From: an uncultured archaeon
GTDB lineage: Archaea; Asgardarchaeota; Heimdallarchaeia; Heimdallarchaeales; Heimdallarchaeaceae
Direction: 5' to 3'
DNA: 64,000 bases
Assembly: GCA_964534625.1 (NCBI GenBank)
Contig: CAZHRF010000001.1
Location: forward strand, 1-64,000
The notes beneath the pieces were generated by a model. The model made no database searches. It saw nothing but the letters and a program-made list of their open reading frames with translations, and was not told the origin of the DNA. This document shows, one piece after another, positions 34,375 through 44,333 of this stretch (position 1 is its first letter; each line of letters begins with the position of its first letter). The position numbers were made by a program, and so were the translations under genes.

Positions 34375-34669
34375 ACTCTTTTCTTCTTATTTTTTCTATT
34401 TTTTATTGGAATATTTGAAGAGATGTTTTAGATTATTCTTATTTGTAATATAATCTTGGTACTTTCGCTCCGTTAGTCTTTGTAGTCTTAGTACTATTTG
34501 TTACACTTTTTACATAAAGAATTGAAATTAATCAGAAATATAGAAGATATGTATGTGTTCAGTATAGAACCTCTCTTTCAATTAGTGTTCAAAGATGGGA
34601 CTAATTTTAGTTAAGCTAATAGGTTGCTCTTTAATAGTAAAATTTTAATTGTTTTGATGATGAAATAAA

Positions 34670-35440
34670 TTGAATAATATGACTAATTTTATCCATAAAA
34701 TCATAAATCTATTTAAAACAGAGGAAACAAAATTTAAAACAGAAATGACAGAGAGACTAGAAAAAGAAAAACATATTAATTTAAAGACCGTCAATACAAA
34801 ACTGCCCATAGATAACCGTATTTGTTTATTTCAAGAAATTGTGAAAAAAAGAAGAATTAACGGTGTTTATCTTTCGAAACACTATCATTTCTTTTTAATG
34901 TCTGAAATGGATATTTCAAATATAAAAACAAAATTAAAAAGAGAAGGAAGAATAGAAATAAAAGATTTTTTCCAAAAGTGGAATGTAGACAAGAAAGTAA
35001 TCGCTAGTTTACTAAACCAATTTGAGCGGGGAATTATGGGTAAGAGAGAATATTACGCTATCTCTCACCTAGAGAATAGTTATTATTCAAAACTTAGGAA
35101 CGTTGATGAATATGAACTTGAAAAACTAGAGGACGAAAACAAAGATTTGTCTATGGAACAAATTCATAGCATCATAAATAACCTTATTGAGACAAAAAGA
35201 TTAAAGGGCACTATACAAAGCAATTCAAAATATCTTAGTGGTTCTAAATTCAGAGAGATTATGACCGAATATCTAGAAAAATTAGCAGAAAAATTTATTG
35301 AAATTTCTTTTAGTAAAATTAGCAGAGAACTAGAAATAAAAAAATCAGAAATTGAAACATTTCTGATTGAATATGTAAAAAAGAATCCCAGCAAAATTAC
35401 TATATATCCCTTAGACCAAAAGATTATATTCAAAATATAA
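34670..35440 (+). CDS. tandem winged-helix protein (PCI/DDRGK/UFL1-like)
   Basis: Repeated helix-GRIEIKDF..WNVD and NLIETKRLKGTI patterns; family is inference. Confidence 0.55.
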   Translation: MNNMTNFIHKIINLFKTEETKFKTEMTERLEKEKHINLKTVNTKLPIDNRICLFQEIVKKRRINGVYLSKHYHFFLMSEMDISNIKTKLKREGRIEIKDFFQKWNVDKKVIASLLNQFERGIMGKREYYAISHLENSYYSKLRNVDEYELEKLEDENKDLSMEQIHSIINNLIETKRLKGTIQSNSKYLSGSKFREIMTEYLEKLAEKFIEISFSKISRELEIKKSEIETFLIEYVKKNPSKITIYPLDQKIIFKI

Positions 35441-35584
35441 GATAATAGGTACATATCTTTAATAGAATAGATCTCTTTCTATCAAAAACCACTAAAATAA
35501 GATGGGATTTAGAAACGGATTAAAATTAATCTTGAAAAAGTGTTGAGTTTATTTACTAAAGTTGTTTTATTATAACAGATACAA

Positions 35585-36502
35585 ATGGAAAACAAAAAAA
35601 GAATTTCTTCAGGCATCACAGGTTTGGATGCCCTAATGTATGGAGGGCTAGTAAAAAATACAGTTAACTCTATTGTGGGAGGCAGTGGAACAGGGAAAAC
35701 AACATTTTGTTTATCATATATGCTTCAAGGATTACGCGAGGATGATCATATTCTATATCTGTCATTTGAAGAAACACCATCTAAATTGCTTGTTGAAGCA
35801 AAATCATTAGGAATAAACTTGGACAAATATGTATCAGATATAACTAATGTAATACACTTAGTGGAAAGCGAGAAAATTGTTGAATTCATTGTTGATATTT
35901 TACCTAGTTTAACAAAAAAGTTGAAAGACCAATATATCAAACATACAAGGATTATAATAGATCCATTAACACCCGTTTTATGGGAATTTCCTTCAGAAAA
36001 AGATCAGAGAAAAGTATTAACAAAAGCATACCGGTATTTGAGTTCTTTAGGTACAGTCTTACAAACTGTTGAAGAAGCCAACCCTTTCGGACAAGACAAC
36101 ATAGGAACAAGTGAAACTAGGGTCCCCATTTACCTATCAGATAGCGTAATCCAAATTCAGAACTTAGGCTTTGGAGGTAAATATAGTAGAACATGCAAAG
36201 TCATAAAATCAAGACAAACTGCTCATTACGAAGGTATTTACTCAATGAATTTTGCGTATGGATCCGGGATATCGATTGATGTAGAAACTAGAGATAATCA
36301 CATCTCAAATGAAATAAATACGGAATATGAACGGATTTTGACAGTTCTTCAAACTTGGTCCAGAGCTAAGGATCCAAAAAAGAAACTAGTGTCTCAAATT
36401 GCAAATAATCTTTTAGATAAATCAAAGAGAACGGTTACTAATAAGGAAGTCGAGTTAGTCAAAACCTTAACGGATCCAAAAATACTGCAAGAGGTAAAAT
36501 AA
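35585..36502 (+). CDS. KaiC/RAD55-like RecA-superfamily ATPase (single domain)
   Basis: SSGITGLD, Walker A GGSGTGKT, LSFEE, IIIDPL, KSR finger. Confidence 0.9.
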   Translation: MENKKRISSGITGLDALMYGGLVKNTVNSIVGGSGTGKTTFCLSYMLQGLREDDHILYLSFEETPSKLLVEAKSLGINLDKYVSDITNVIHLVESEKIVEFIVDILPSLTKKLKDQYIKHTRIIIDPLTPVLWEFPSEKDQRKVLTKAYRYLSSLGTVLQTVEEANPFGQDNIGTSETRVPIYLSDSVIQIQNLGFGGKYSRTCKVIKSRQTAHYEGIYSMNFAYGSGISIDVETRDNHISNEINTEYERILTVLQTWSRAKDPKKKLVSQIANNLLDKSKRTVTNKEVELVKTLTDPKILQEVK

Positions 36503-36864
36503 TGGATTGCGTTTGTACCATAAAATCTGATTTAATGGATATTGTCAATTTAGAAGATGTCAATGCAGCATTATTATTTAGAATAGATGGCAATGTGATT
36601 AGATCCTGTTTTAAATCAGAGTATGAACAAACACTAGTCCATATTCTTCAATGGTGTAAAGCGAATGTAAAAAAAGTTTCTGGAGAAATGAAAGACAATA
36701 ATCTTGAGAAAGTGACCTATGAGCTAAGTAATGCTTGTATAATTTTTAATCTGGTTAATGATGTCTGTTTACTCACGACAATTGCAAAATCAGATGTTAA
36801 TGATACATTATTATCTATTGAATCAAAAAGGAAATCAATAGACATTGCAAAAAAGATGGGGTGA
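36502..36864 (+). CDS. roadblock/profilin-like small protein
   Basis: 120 aa, VNAALLFRIDGNVI beta-hairpin, roadblock-type secondary-structure pattern. Confidence 0.7.
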   Translation: MDCVCTIKSDLMDIVNLEDVNAALLFRIDGNVIRSCFKSEYEQTLVHILQWCKANVKKVSGEMKDNNLEKVTYELSNACIIFNLVNDVCLLTTIAKSDVNDTLLSIESKRKSIDIAKKMG

Positions 36865-38180
36865 TTATCATTCAGATAAGTTCAAATACATTTTCTCATC
36901 GAAGCATGGATAAAATAATAGCAGATATTAAAAAAGAAATAATTGGAGATATAAATGGAAAACCCGATTTTTTATTACTAGCTTTCACAACAGGATATAA
37001 AGTCCAAGAATATAAGAAAGCACTATCAATAATAAAAAATGAGAGTGGGGCTAAAAATATCATTGGAGGGACTTTTCCAGGTGTTACAACATCAAACAGT
37101 AATCCAACGACCCAAGGTGCCTCTATCATGGCGATAAAATCAAATGATATTCACTTTGATGATCTTATTTCTTATTCGAATGTTAGAGTCAAACAGAAAC
37201 ATATTATTGGAGAATTTAATGAATTATACAGAAATAACAACAGAAAATCAAAGGTTGGATTTGCAATTTCAGCTGGACCAACATTAGAAAAAAAGGCTAT
37301 GAAACAAATGAAAGTATTAGATACTTTCTTTGCACAAAAGTTTAAAAGGATATTTAATGCTTTGGGAAAAGTTATTGAAAAAAGCATGGGAAGAAAAGGT
37401 TTTGGAACAAATGGATATATTGATACTATAATATATGAACTGGCAAAAAACAATTTTAACCACTTAATTGGGGGAGCAACAGTAGATTTAAACTTAGATT
37501 CTATTAACTATCAATTTTTCAATCAAGAACTTATGAAAAATGCCTTTGTTGGGACTATTATCTCATCAGATAAATACAGATTTGGGCAAAACTGGACATT
37601 TGACATGTCAAAAAGAACAAATACTTACAGAATCAATGATTATTTAAAATCGGGTTATTTACAAAAAATTAATGATAAAAAAGCCAGTCAAGCATATCTT
37701 GATTTAATTGGAATGGAGAGGGATTTTTATAATGATGTTTTTGAGAGCTATTCTTATACAAATCTATTATATCTGTCTGCTTTTAAGGAAAAAAAGGGTA
37801 ATTATTTACCATTTTTAACAATAAATCATCCTTCTTTAGACGGGATAATTTCTTCAATTACAAAAAATCAATTTAAGAAAAATAATTTTGATGCTAAATT
37901 ATTTACACAATCAGGTAAAGGCATCAAAAAATCTGCTGCAAACTGTGCTTCAAGAGCAAAAGCTGGGCTCAAAACCCTAAAATTAGGTCTATTCATAAAT
38001 TGTTCTAACAGATTACTAATAGCGGGAGATAAAATTTATGAAGAAAATAAAGCGATCAAAGACGTTCTGGGTACCGATGTACCATTTATGACTTTATACA
38101 CAGGTGGAGAATTCGCCATAATAAATGGAAAACCAATTAACTCAACTGTTTCTGTACATGGTTTAATCATTGGTAAATAA
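36861..38180 (+). CDS. FIST-domain sensory protein
   Basis: KPDFLLLAFT, IIGGT, LIGGA, FIST_C motifs CSNR and YTGGE. Confidence 0.85.
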   Translation: MIIIQISSNTFSHRSMDKIIADIKKEIIGDINGKPDFLLLAFTTGYKVQEYKKALSIIKNESGAKNIIGGTFPGVTTSNSNPTTQGASIMAIKSNDIHFDDLISYSNVRVKQKHIIGEFNELYRNNNRKSKVGFAISAGPTLEKKAMKQMKVLDTFFAQKFKRIFNALGKVIEKSMGRKGFGTNGYIDTIIYELAKNNFNHLIGGATVDLNLDSINYQFFNQELMKNAFVGTIISSDKYRFGQNWTFDMSKRTNTYRINDYLKSGYLQKINDKKASQAYLDLIGMERDFYNDVFESYSYTNLLYLSAFKEKKGNYLPFLTINHPSLDGIISSITKNQFKKNNFDAKLFTQSGKGIKKSAANCASRAKAGLKTLKLGLFINCSNRLLIAGDKIYEENKAIKDVLGTDVPFMTLYTGGEFAIINGKPINSTVSVHGLIIGK

Positions 38181-38212
38181 AATTTGTGGAGTTTTAAAAG
38201 AATAATGGAGTA

Positions 38213-38818
38213 ATGAACATGATGATGACACATATCAATTCAAATCAATATGGCAAGGCTGATGTTTTAAAGATTGCATTGCTTGGATTAGGTTCGGTAG
38301 GAAAAACTACGATAACAAAAAGATATACAGGAGATATTACGGACCTAGGAAATATCTCAATGACAAAGGGTGTAGATATTTCAATTAAAAGACTTTTTTA
38401 TAAAAATAAACCTATCGTTATCCAAATTTGGGATTTTGCGGGACAAAAACAATTTAAGTTTATGCTTGATATTTTTTTGAAAGGTGTAAAAGGAATACTT
38501 TATGTCTATGATATAACAGATATTGAAACATTGTTTGATTTGGATGAGTTCGTTCTTTTAGCAAGAAACTTTTTGAAAGATAATGGTCTTCAAAGTATAC
38601 CCGAAGTATTGGTTGGTAACAAAATTGATCTTGGTGAAAGTGAGATAAACATGAACGATATTAACTATTTTCTTGCTGAACATAATATCTCAAAACATTA
38701 CTTAACAAGTGGACTATATGCAACTAGTGTTTCAGAACCTTTCACATACATCATATCAAAAATCCAAAATAAAGAATCAGATAAAAAACTGTTAAGTGTA
38801 TTAAAATCAAGAGATTAA
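38213..38818 (+). CDS. Rab-like small GTPase
   Basis: G1 GLGSVGKT, G2 TKGVD, G3 WDFAGQ, G4 NKID, G5 TSG; no C-terminal Cys. Confidence 0.93.
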   Translation: MNMMMTHINSNQYGKADVLKIALLGLGSVGKTTITKRYTGDITDLGNISMTKGVDISIKRLFYKNKPIVIQIWDFAGQKQFKFMLDIFLKGVKGILYVYDITDIETLFDLDEFVLLARNFLKDNGLQSIPEVLVGNKIDLGESEINMNDINYFLAEHNISKHYLTSGLYATSVSEPFTYIISKIQNKESDKKLLSVLKSRD

Positions 38819-38828
38819 GGTAAACAAG

Positions 38829-39137
38829 ATGGAAGATAAATATATAAAGAAAACTTTCACCTGTGATTGTTGTGGTCAAAAATTGCTATTCAAAATTGAG
38901 AAGAATAAGTTAGAGGAAATATCTAGAAGTCAATTAATGAATTTTGTGATCATGCATGCAGATGATCACACGCTCATTCTATCATTAGATGCTAGGGGTG
39001 AAATCCGACGAAAAAAAGTGGCAACTATCGGTGAGGTAGAAAATAACAGTTTAAATCAATCTTATCAAAAAATCAAGGCAATTTCGGAAGCAAAAAATCT
39101 CACTGAAGCCTTTAACATCTGGCTAAAGAACTGCTGA
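38829..39137 (+). CDS. small Zn-binding protein (CxxC...HxxxH)
   Basis: CDCC...HADDH..LSLDARGEIR. Confidence 0.7.
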   Translation: MEDKYIKKTFTCDCCGQKLLFKIEKNKLEEISRSQLMNFVIMHADDHTLILSLDARGEIRRKKVATIGEVENNSLNQSYQKIKAISEAKNLTEAFNIWLKNC

Positions 39138-39166
39138 AATAAAAAAAAATAAAAAATAAAGAAGTA

Positions 39167-40450
39167 TTATTTTGGTGTTAAGTCTATCACTGTTCCAACT
39201 GCAACAGTCTGACCCATATCTCTAACGGCAAATCGACCTAATTGAGGAATTTCTTGGAATTTCTCAATAACCATATCCCTAGTAGGTATGAACTTAACCT
39301 TTGCAGATTCACCATTTTTTAAGAACTGTGGGTTTTTTTCCACTCCGTCTTTACCTCTCTTCTCTAACAACTCTGCAAATCTTACAGCTATTTGTGCCGT
39401 ACCCGCATGGATAACGGGAGTATAGCCTTGTGCTATTACAGAAGGATGGCGAATTACAATTACCTGTGCAGTAAAATCTTTGACTACTGTTGGTGGATTA
39501 GAAGCTGGTCCAACAACATCACCACGGCGAACATCTTTCTTTGATAAACCTTTGCAGCTAAAACCTACATTGTCACCAGGCATGGCTTCTTGTATGGTTT
39601 CGTGGTGCATCTCTATAGACATTACAGCAGCTTCTTTTCCAGTAGGTTGGAAAACCACACGATCTTTTGGTTTTAAAACTCCAGTTTCAACACGGCCGAC
39701 AGGAACAGTTCCAATACCAGTAATTGTATAAACATCTTGTATAGGTAATCTGAGTGGTTTATCAATTGGTTTTTCTGGAACTTCAAAGTCATCTAAAGCA
39801 TCTATTAATGTTGGACCATCATACCATGGTGTGTTTTCGGATTTTTCTCTAAGATTATCGCCTTTCATACCACTTACAGGAATGAATTTTACATTATCGA
39901 TTTTATAACCGAATTTCTGTAGTTCTCGTGACATCTCGCTTTTAATTTCATCATAACGTTCTTGCTTGTAGTTTGCAAGATCCATTTTATTGACTGCAAC
40001 AATTATCTGGCTTACACCTAATGTTTTTGCTAACAATGCGTGCTCTCTTGTTTGTCCCGTTGCACTAATACCAGCTTCAAACTCACCAGTACCGGCACTA
40101 ACAACAAGTATAGCCGCATCAGCTTGAGATGTACCCGTAATCATGTTTTTTACGAAATCACGATGTCCTGGAGCATCAATTATAGTGAAATAATACTTTC
40201 GAGTAGAGAATTTATAGAAAGCCAAATCGATGGTAACGCCTCTTTCTCGTTCTTCTTTAAGCTTGTCTAAAACCCAAGCAAATTTGAAGCTACCTCGACC
40301 GATCAATTCTGCTTCTTTCTCAAACTTTTGGATCTCACGATCACTAATGCTTCCACATAGATAGAGTAAATGTCCTGTCATAGTGGACTTACCATGATCT
40401 ACATGACCAATAATTACTAAATTCAAATGATCTAAGTTTTTTGAGCTCAT
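39167..40450 (-). CDS. tuf: translation elongation factor EF-1 alpha
   Basis: [42 protein letters not shown]. Confidence 0.99.
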   Translation of the reverse strand: MSSKNLDHLNLVIIGHVDHGKSTMTGHLLYLCGSISDREIQKFEKEAELIGRGSFKFAWVLDKLKEERERGVTIDLAFYKFSTRKYYFTIIDAPGHRDFVKNMITGTSQADAAILVVSAGTGEFEAGISATGQTREHALLAKTLGVSQIIVAVNKMDLANYKQERYDEIKSEMSRELQKFGYKIDNVKFIPVSGMKGDNLREKSENTPWYDGPTLIDALDDFEVPEKPIDKPLRLPIQDVYTITGIGTVPVGRVETGVLKPKDRVVFQPTGKEAAVMSIEMHHETIQEAMPGDNVGFSCKGLSKKDVRRGDVVGPASNPPTVVKDFTAQVIVIRHPSVIAQGYTPVIHAGTAQIAVRFAELLEKRGKDGVEKNPQFLKNGESAKVKFIPTRDMVIEKFQEIPQLGRFAVRDMGQTVAVGTVIDLTPK

Positions 40451-40561
40451 TTTTTATACACCTTTTCGACATCTTGGACATACGATAGCTCAAGTTGTAC
40501 TTGAATGGTACCGCTATTTTTATTTTTAAAAGCATTTTGGTTTTGTTGTTTTTTATTATAA

Positions 40562-40960
40562 ATGATGTCGTAAAATTGGGCTAAGGGGAGGAAAGGGCGT
40601 TAAACCAAGTCAGAGCGAGATAACGAGAATCTTCACATGACGAGAAGGAAAAACAAGAGCCAAGATGAGGGGAGAAGGCGATGATCACGTGGAACTTGTG
40701 AGTTATAGGTTGGTGGTTACAGCGAAACAAGAACCTATTTGTTTATATACAACTTGAAATTATACCAAATGAAAGGAGCAAGAAGCGTTTTAATACGGTT
40801 AGACGGTTCTCTATCAAACATACGTACATCTTCTAGTTTAAAAAGTCCAAACACATGTTTAACCGCTGCACGTAATTCAGGATGATTAAGGATATACAAA
40901 CCAATATGGTGGTGAAACGCCCGCAAAATAAGATCTTGGGAAGAAGCGGTTCCATAGTGA
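40562..40960 (-). mobile_element. IS remnant: DDE transposase C-terminal fragment plus right end
   Basis: LRAAVKHVFGLFK...IWYNF resembles the R..VE.vF...K...YN tail with E mutated; ends TTTTACGACATCAT (TIR-like). Confidence 0.45.
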
Positions 40961-41292
40961 TACTAACTTGTTTATTTAAGTTCCTTTACAAAAGTTTTCA
41001 TACTCAATTATGTAAAATATTTCCTAGATAGTCTCTGTGGAACAAGAAGAATTCAATGAGGACACTTGTAAGTTAATTCTGTGTTTTATGTGATCAATAA
41101 CATCCTCTTGTTTGTTAATGACTAAAAACTCATAATCAAGGGATAACGAAATTTTTGTGAAGGAACTTTTATTTATTTCTTCGAACAATTTTTGTTGTCA
41201 TGTTAATTTAGTGACAAAAAATCACACAGTATGCGAAATCTTTAAAATAGTTTTTAAAATGTTGAAAAATAGAGAAATACAGGTAGATATAT

Positions 41293-41718
41293 ATGATAAA
41301 AAAATTACCATGGATTTTCCCGGGCATGAGAAGACCTAATTTTAATTTACACCGGCTTACATTTCGTATTCCGACAAAAGTTCCAAATAGTGTACTATAT
41401 GTGATTATATATACAATAATATTTTATATATACGCTGGTGGAGCTTACAATATTGTTAACAGAGACACTCTAATTAGCATTGGTAGTTCTGGAAGTCAAC
41501 CTGTTTTTATACATACCTCGGTTCAAGCTCAATTTTTAATTGAAGGCTTGGTTGCAGGATTTGTTTTTGCTCTTGCTTCTTTAAGTTTGTATCTGCTGGA
41601 TTATGCAACGAAATTCGCATTTGATGTAAATACAGCACAAAAAATAGAAGTTTTAGCTGCATTACTTTTGACTATATGGTATGTTGTGATCCTTTTAATG
41701 TATAATGCAAAAGGCTGA
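41293..41718 (+). CDS. oligosaccharyltransferase accessory subunit OSTC/DC2 (OST3/OST6 family)
   Basis: PNFNL..., AGGAYNIV, PVFI, QFLIEGL match eukaryotic OSTC (PNLKL, GGIIYDVI, PVAF, QYIMEGL); 3 TMs. Confidence 0.85.
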   Translation: MIKKLPWIFPGMRRPNFNLHRLTFRIPTKVPNSVLYVIIYTIIFYIYAGGAYNIVNRDTLISIGSSGSQPVFIHTSVQAQFLIEGLVAGFVFALASLSLYLLDYATKFAFDVNTAQKIEVLAALLLTIWYVVILLMYNAKG

Positions 41719-42150
41719 TTTTAACTCTTCCTATTTATATAACAGAGTTAAATCACATCAGTTGAATTCCACTTAAGTAGGAACAGAAAAAATCACACAG
41801 TAATTTAGTTAAGAGGTATAGAAAAAACAATATAATATCTCCAAAGATGTGCTTGAAGTATCGTTTCTACTTACTGAAGTATCTTTTTTGTTTAGTATAT
41901 ATACTGTCTTATACTAATAAATCTTGTATGTCAAAGATCCCTCTAGACTTAATAGTGTTTTTTAGTTTAACAGAAAAAGTACTTCTTATTATTATCTTTG
42001 TTACTAAAATTTTATTGCTTGTTAGTTTAATGTCTATCTCTTATTATTTGACCAAAATAATTATATCTAAACATTTCAAAAAATATAATGCAAATTTTTT
42101 TAAGAGCTTATTCCTATTGTTTACATCATTAATAATATTATCATATTATT

Positions 42151-42780
42151 TTAATATTTTGATGTAATTCTTATCCCTTCTTTTGTGATGAAATATGTAA
42201 TTTCATCATTTTCACATTTTGCCTTCCATTTATTCTTACTAGGCACTACTTCTGATAAGAATATTGTTTTATCCACATAATACTCAAATGCTGCTTTTGC
42301 TACGGGTTTATATTCATATTTTGTTTTTGTTCCGCTTATTTGGTTACTTATAACGATGGATAGATTTTTGTTTTTTCTGATTTGTTTGAGATATGCAAGT
42401 TGCATTGTTATTAGTTTTTGTTTTTTGATAAAATTTGTGTTAAGTATGCTTCTATATTGTGTTGTTAATCCGTTTATTATTATAAGTTCTATATTTGATT
42501 TTGTTAAAAAGTTTTTGAGATTCATAACAATTTGAAGTTGTTTGTGTATGCTCTCAATTGGCATTAAAATAATATTTTCAAGTATTTCACTTTCGGAGAC
42601 AATATTATTTAATCTTCTTCCACTAAAATTTGCCTCACAATCCAATACACAAACTCTATCAATTTTTTTTATATTTGAACAAATATGATACAAAAATATC
42701 CTTTTTCCAGATTTTGGTGGACCTGTTATTTGTGTTATCCCTTCTGGTATTTTTTTGTTCTTAAATATATCTAAAAACAT
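42151..42780 (-). CDS. radB: RadB-like RecA paralog with degenerate Walker A
   Basis: GITQITGPPKSGKR, DCEANFS, IIINGL, VISNQ; start probably ATG 42780. Confidence 0.75.
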   Translation of the reverse strand: MFLDIFKNKKIPEGITQITGPPKSGKRIFLYHICSNIKKIDRVCVLDCEANFSGRRLNNIVSESEILENIILMPIESIHKQLQIVMNLKNFLTKSNIELIIINGLTTQYRSILNTNFIKKQKLITMQLAYLKQIRKNKNLSIVISNQISGTKTKYEYKPVAKAAFEYYVDKTIFLSEVVPSKNKWKAKCENDEITYFITKEGIRITSKY

Positions 42781-42847
42781 GATTGTCATTAGTAGTTGGA
42801 TACTAAAACTTTTTTGGTGGATTTCTATGTACATTTTTTATTTAGAA

Positions 42848-42946
42848 TGGAGCCTCGAGGGGGAGTTGAACCCCCGACCTCTACCTTTTTGGAATCCATT
42901 TCGGATCTTACCAAGGTAGCGCATCTACCTACTGAGCTACCGAGGC
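42848..42946 (-). tRNA. tRNA-Thr(GGT) with 22-nt intron at 37/38 (42887-42908)
   Basis: GCCTCGG acceptor, CTACC-TTGGTA^A-GGTAG, BHB TTGG/CCAA with TAA and AAA bulges, encoded CCA. Confidence 0.93.
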
Positions 42947-43087
42947 TTTCTTGAAATCTACTTATTATTTCGTTTTTAAACGTTCCGTTTTTATCTATTT
43001 CCATACTCTTCAATAAAATCCTCAGAAGGCGAAAAGTCTAAATATAGTTTCATTTATTGGCAGTTAAATCAGTAACAGTGAATAATT

Positions 43088-44110
43088 ATGGGTAAAAAAG
43101 CGATTATATGGTTTCTGTTATTTTCATCATTGTTTATTGGTAACTTAGTACAAGTTCATGGGGCGAATTCTGACGAATATATAGTACTATTTGATGAATC
43201 TCACGGACAGTATTTCAATAGTACAAGAATGGAAACAGCTCTAAGTTATCTTAGTGAGAGTGATAATGTGAATGTTACTATTCTAACCCAAAATAATGGC
43301 TTTAACTCCACAAATCTCCAAGGTATAGACTTGTTAATTATAGCTAATCCTGGATCCTATGATAATTATAATTTGTCTTCAAGTGAAGTAGAATCTATCT
43401 TAGATTTTGTTGAACTAGGTGGCTCGTTATTTTTATTAACTAACCCCCTAAGTCATGATTCAAACATAACTGGAAATCCAAGAACATTCAACAATGATTT
43501 ATTGAGCGCTAGAAATAATTTTTTGACGCCCGCAGATTTTGATGAAAAGAATGGATTCCCATCCGTAATATCTAATGATTTTATTGCTCCTTTACAAAAT
43601 GAGAGTTATCTTTTACTGAATAATTTTGAAAGTGATTCTCATGAAATATTCAAAGAAGGATCAATAGATGAAGTGTTTTTGTACTCTTCTCCAATATCTA
43701 TGAATGGAGAACTCGATTCAAGTTCTATTGGACTTGTTCCTAAATCTTCTTATTCAATTTACTATGATAATACTTACAATTTCCCTTTCGACTCCTTAAC
43801 TTGGTTTTTAGCAAAGGAAATCGGTGAAGCAAGACTAGTTTTATCTGGTTCATCAATTATGTTTAGTGATTTAGATTCTATTTTTAATAACACAAAGTGT
43901 ATTGAAACTGCGAATAATAAACAATTATGGAAAAACACTGTTTTTTGGTTACTTGGTATTGATCTTTTAGAAGAAGAAGTAAAGATAGTCATTCCTACTT
44001 TTCAATATTTGACATTTTCGGTAATCGGTACGTCTATTGTCGTTCTTATAATGTCTTTACTTCTGTATAAATTTAAATTGGAAAAAACAAAGCCCATTGA
44101 CTTAAAGTAG
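43088..44110 (+). CDS. single-pass membrane protein with GldG/IFT52/Wbp1-like (DUF4350) domain
   Basis: Signal peptide, VLFDESHGQ, IDLLIIANP, ILDFVELGGSLFL, ARLVLSGS..MFSD, C-terminal TM. Confidence 0.75.
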   Translation: MGKKAIIWFLLFSSLFIGNLVQVHGANSDEYIVLFDESHGQYFNSTRMETALSYLSESDNVNVTILTQNNGFNSTNLQGIDLLIIANPGSYDNYNLSSSEVESILDFVELGGSLFLLTNPLSHDSNITGNPRTFNNDLLSARNNFLTPADFDEKNGFPSVISNDFIAPLQNESYLLLNNFESDSHEIFKEGSIDEVFLYSSPISMNGELDSSSIGLVPKSSYSIYYDNTYNFPFDSLTWFLAKEIGEARLVLSGSSIMFSDLDSIFNNTKCIETANNKQLWKNTVFWLLGIDLLEEEVKIVIPTFQYLTFSVIGTSIVVLIMSLLLYKFKLEKTKPIDLK

Positions 44111-44333
44111 TTTTTTTCTTTTTGTCTTTATTCCTAATCTTTTAACTGGATGTTTTTATAAATTCTGTTTTAGTTCATTAAAAACACAGTCAGTCCATAG
44201 ACAATTTATTATATTCAGCCTAAAGTGGATTTAATTATTTACAAAACAAGACGATAACATGTTTTCAATTGAATTCCTAGTTTAGTTAGCGTTTTTTTTG
44301 GGGTATATATAATTCTCTCTCATTAGATTAATA

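Noticed and set aside
41847-42167. 106-aa hydrophobic ORF
   Set aside because: Low-complexity AT-rich sequence with no motif, overlapping the radB end; cannot support
42825-43013. 62-aa ORF (also 58799..59068)
   Set aside because: They run through tRNA genes
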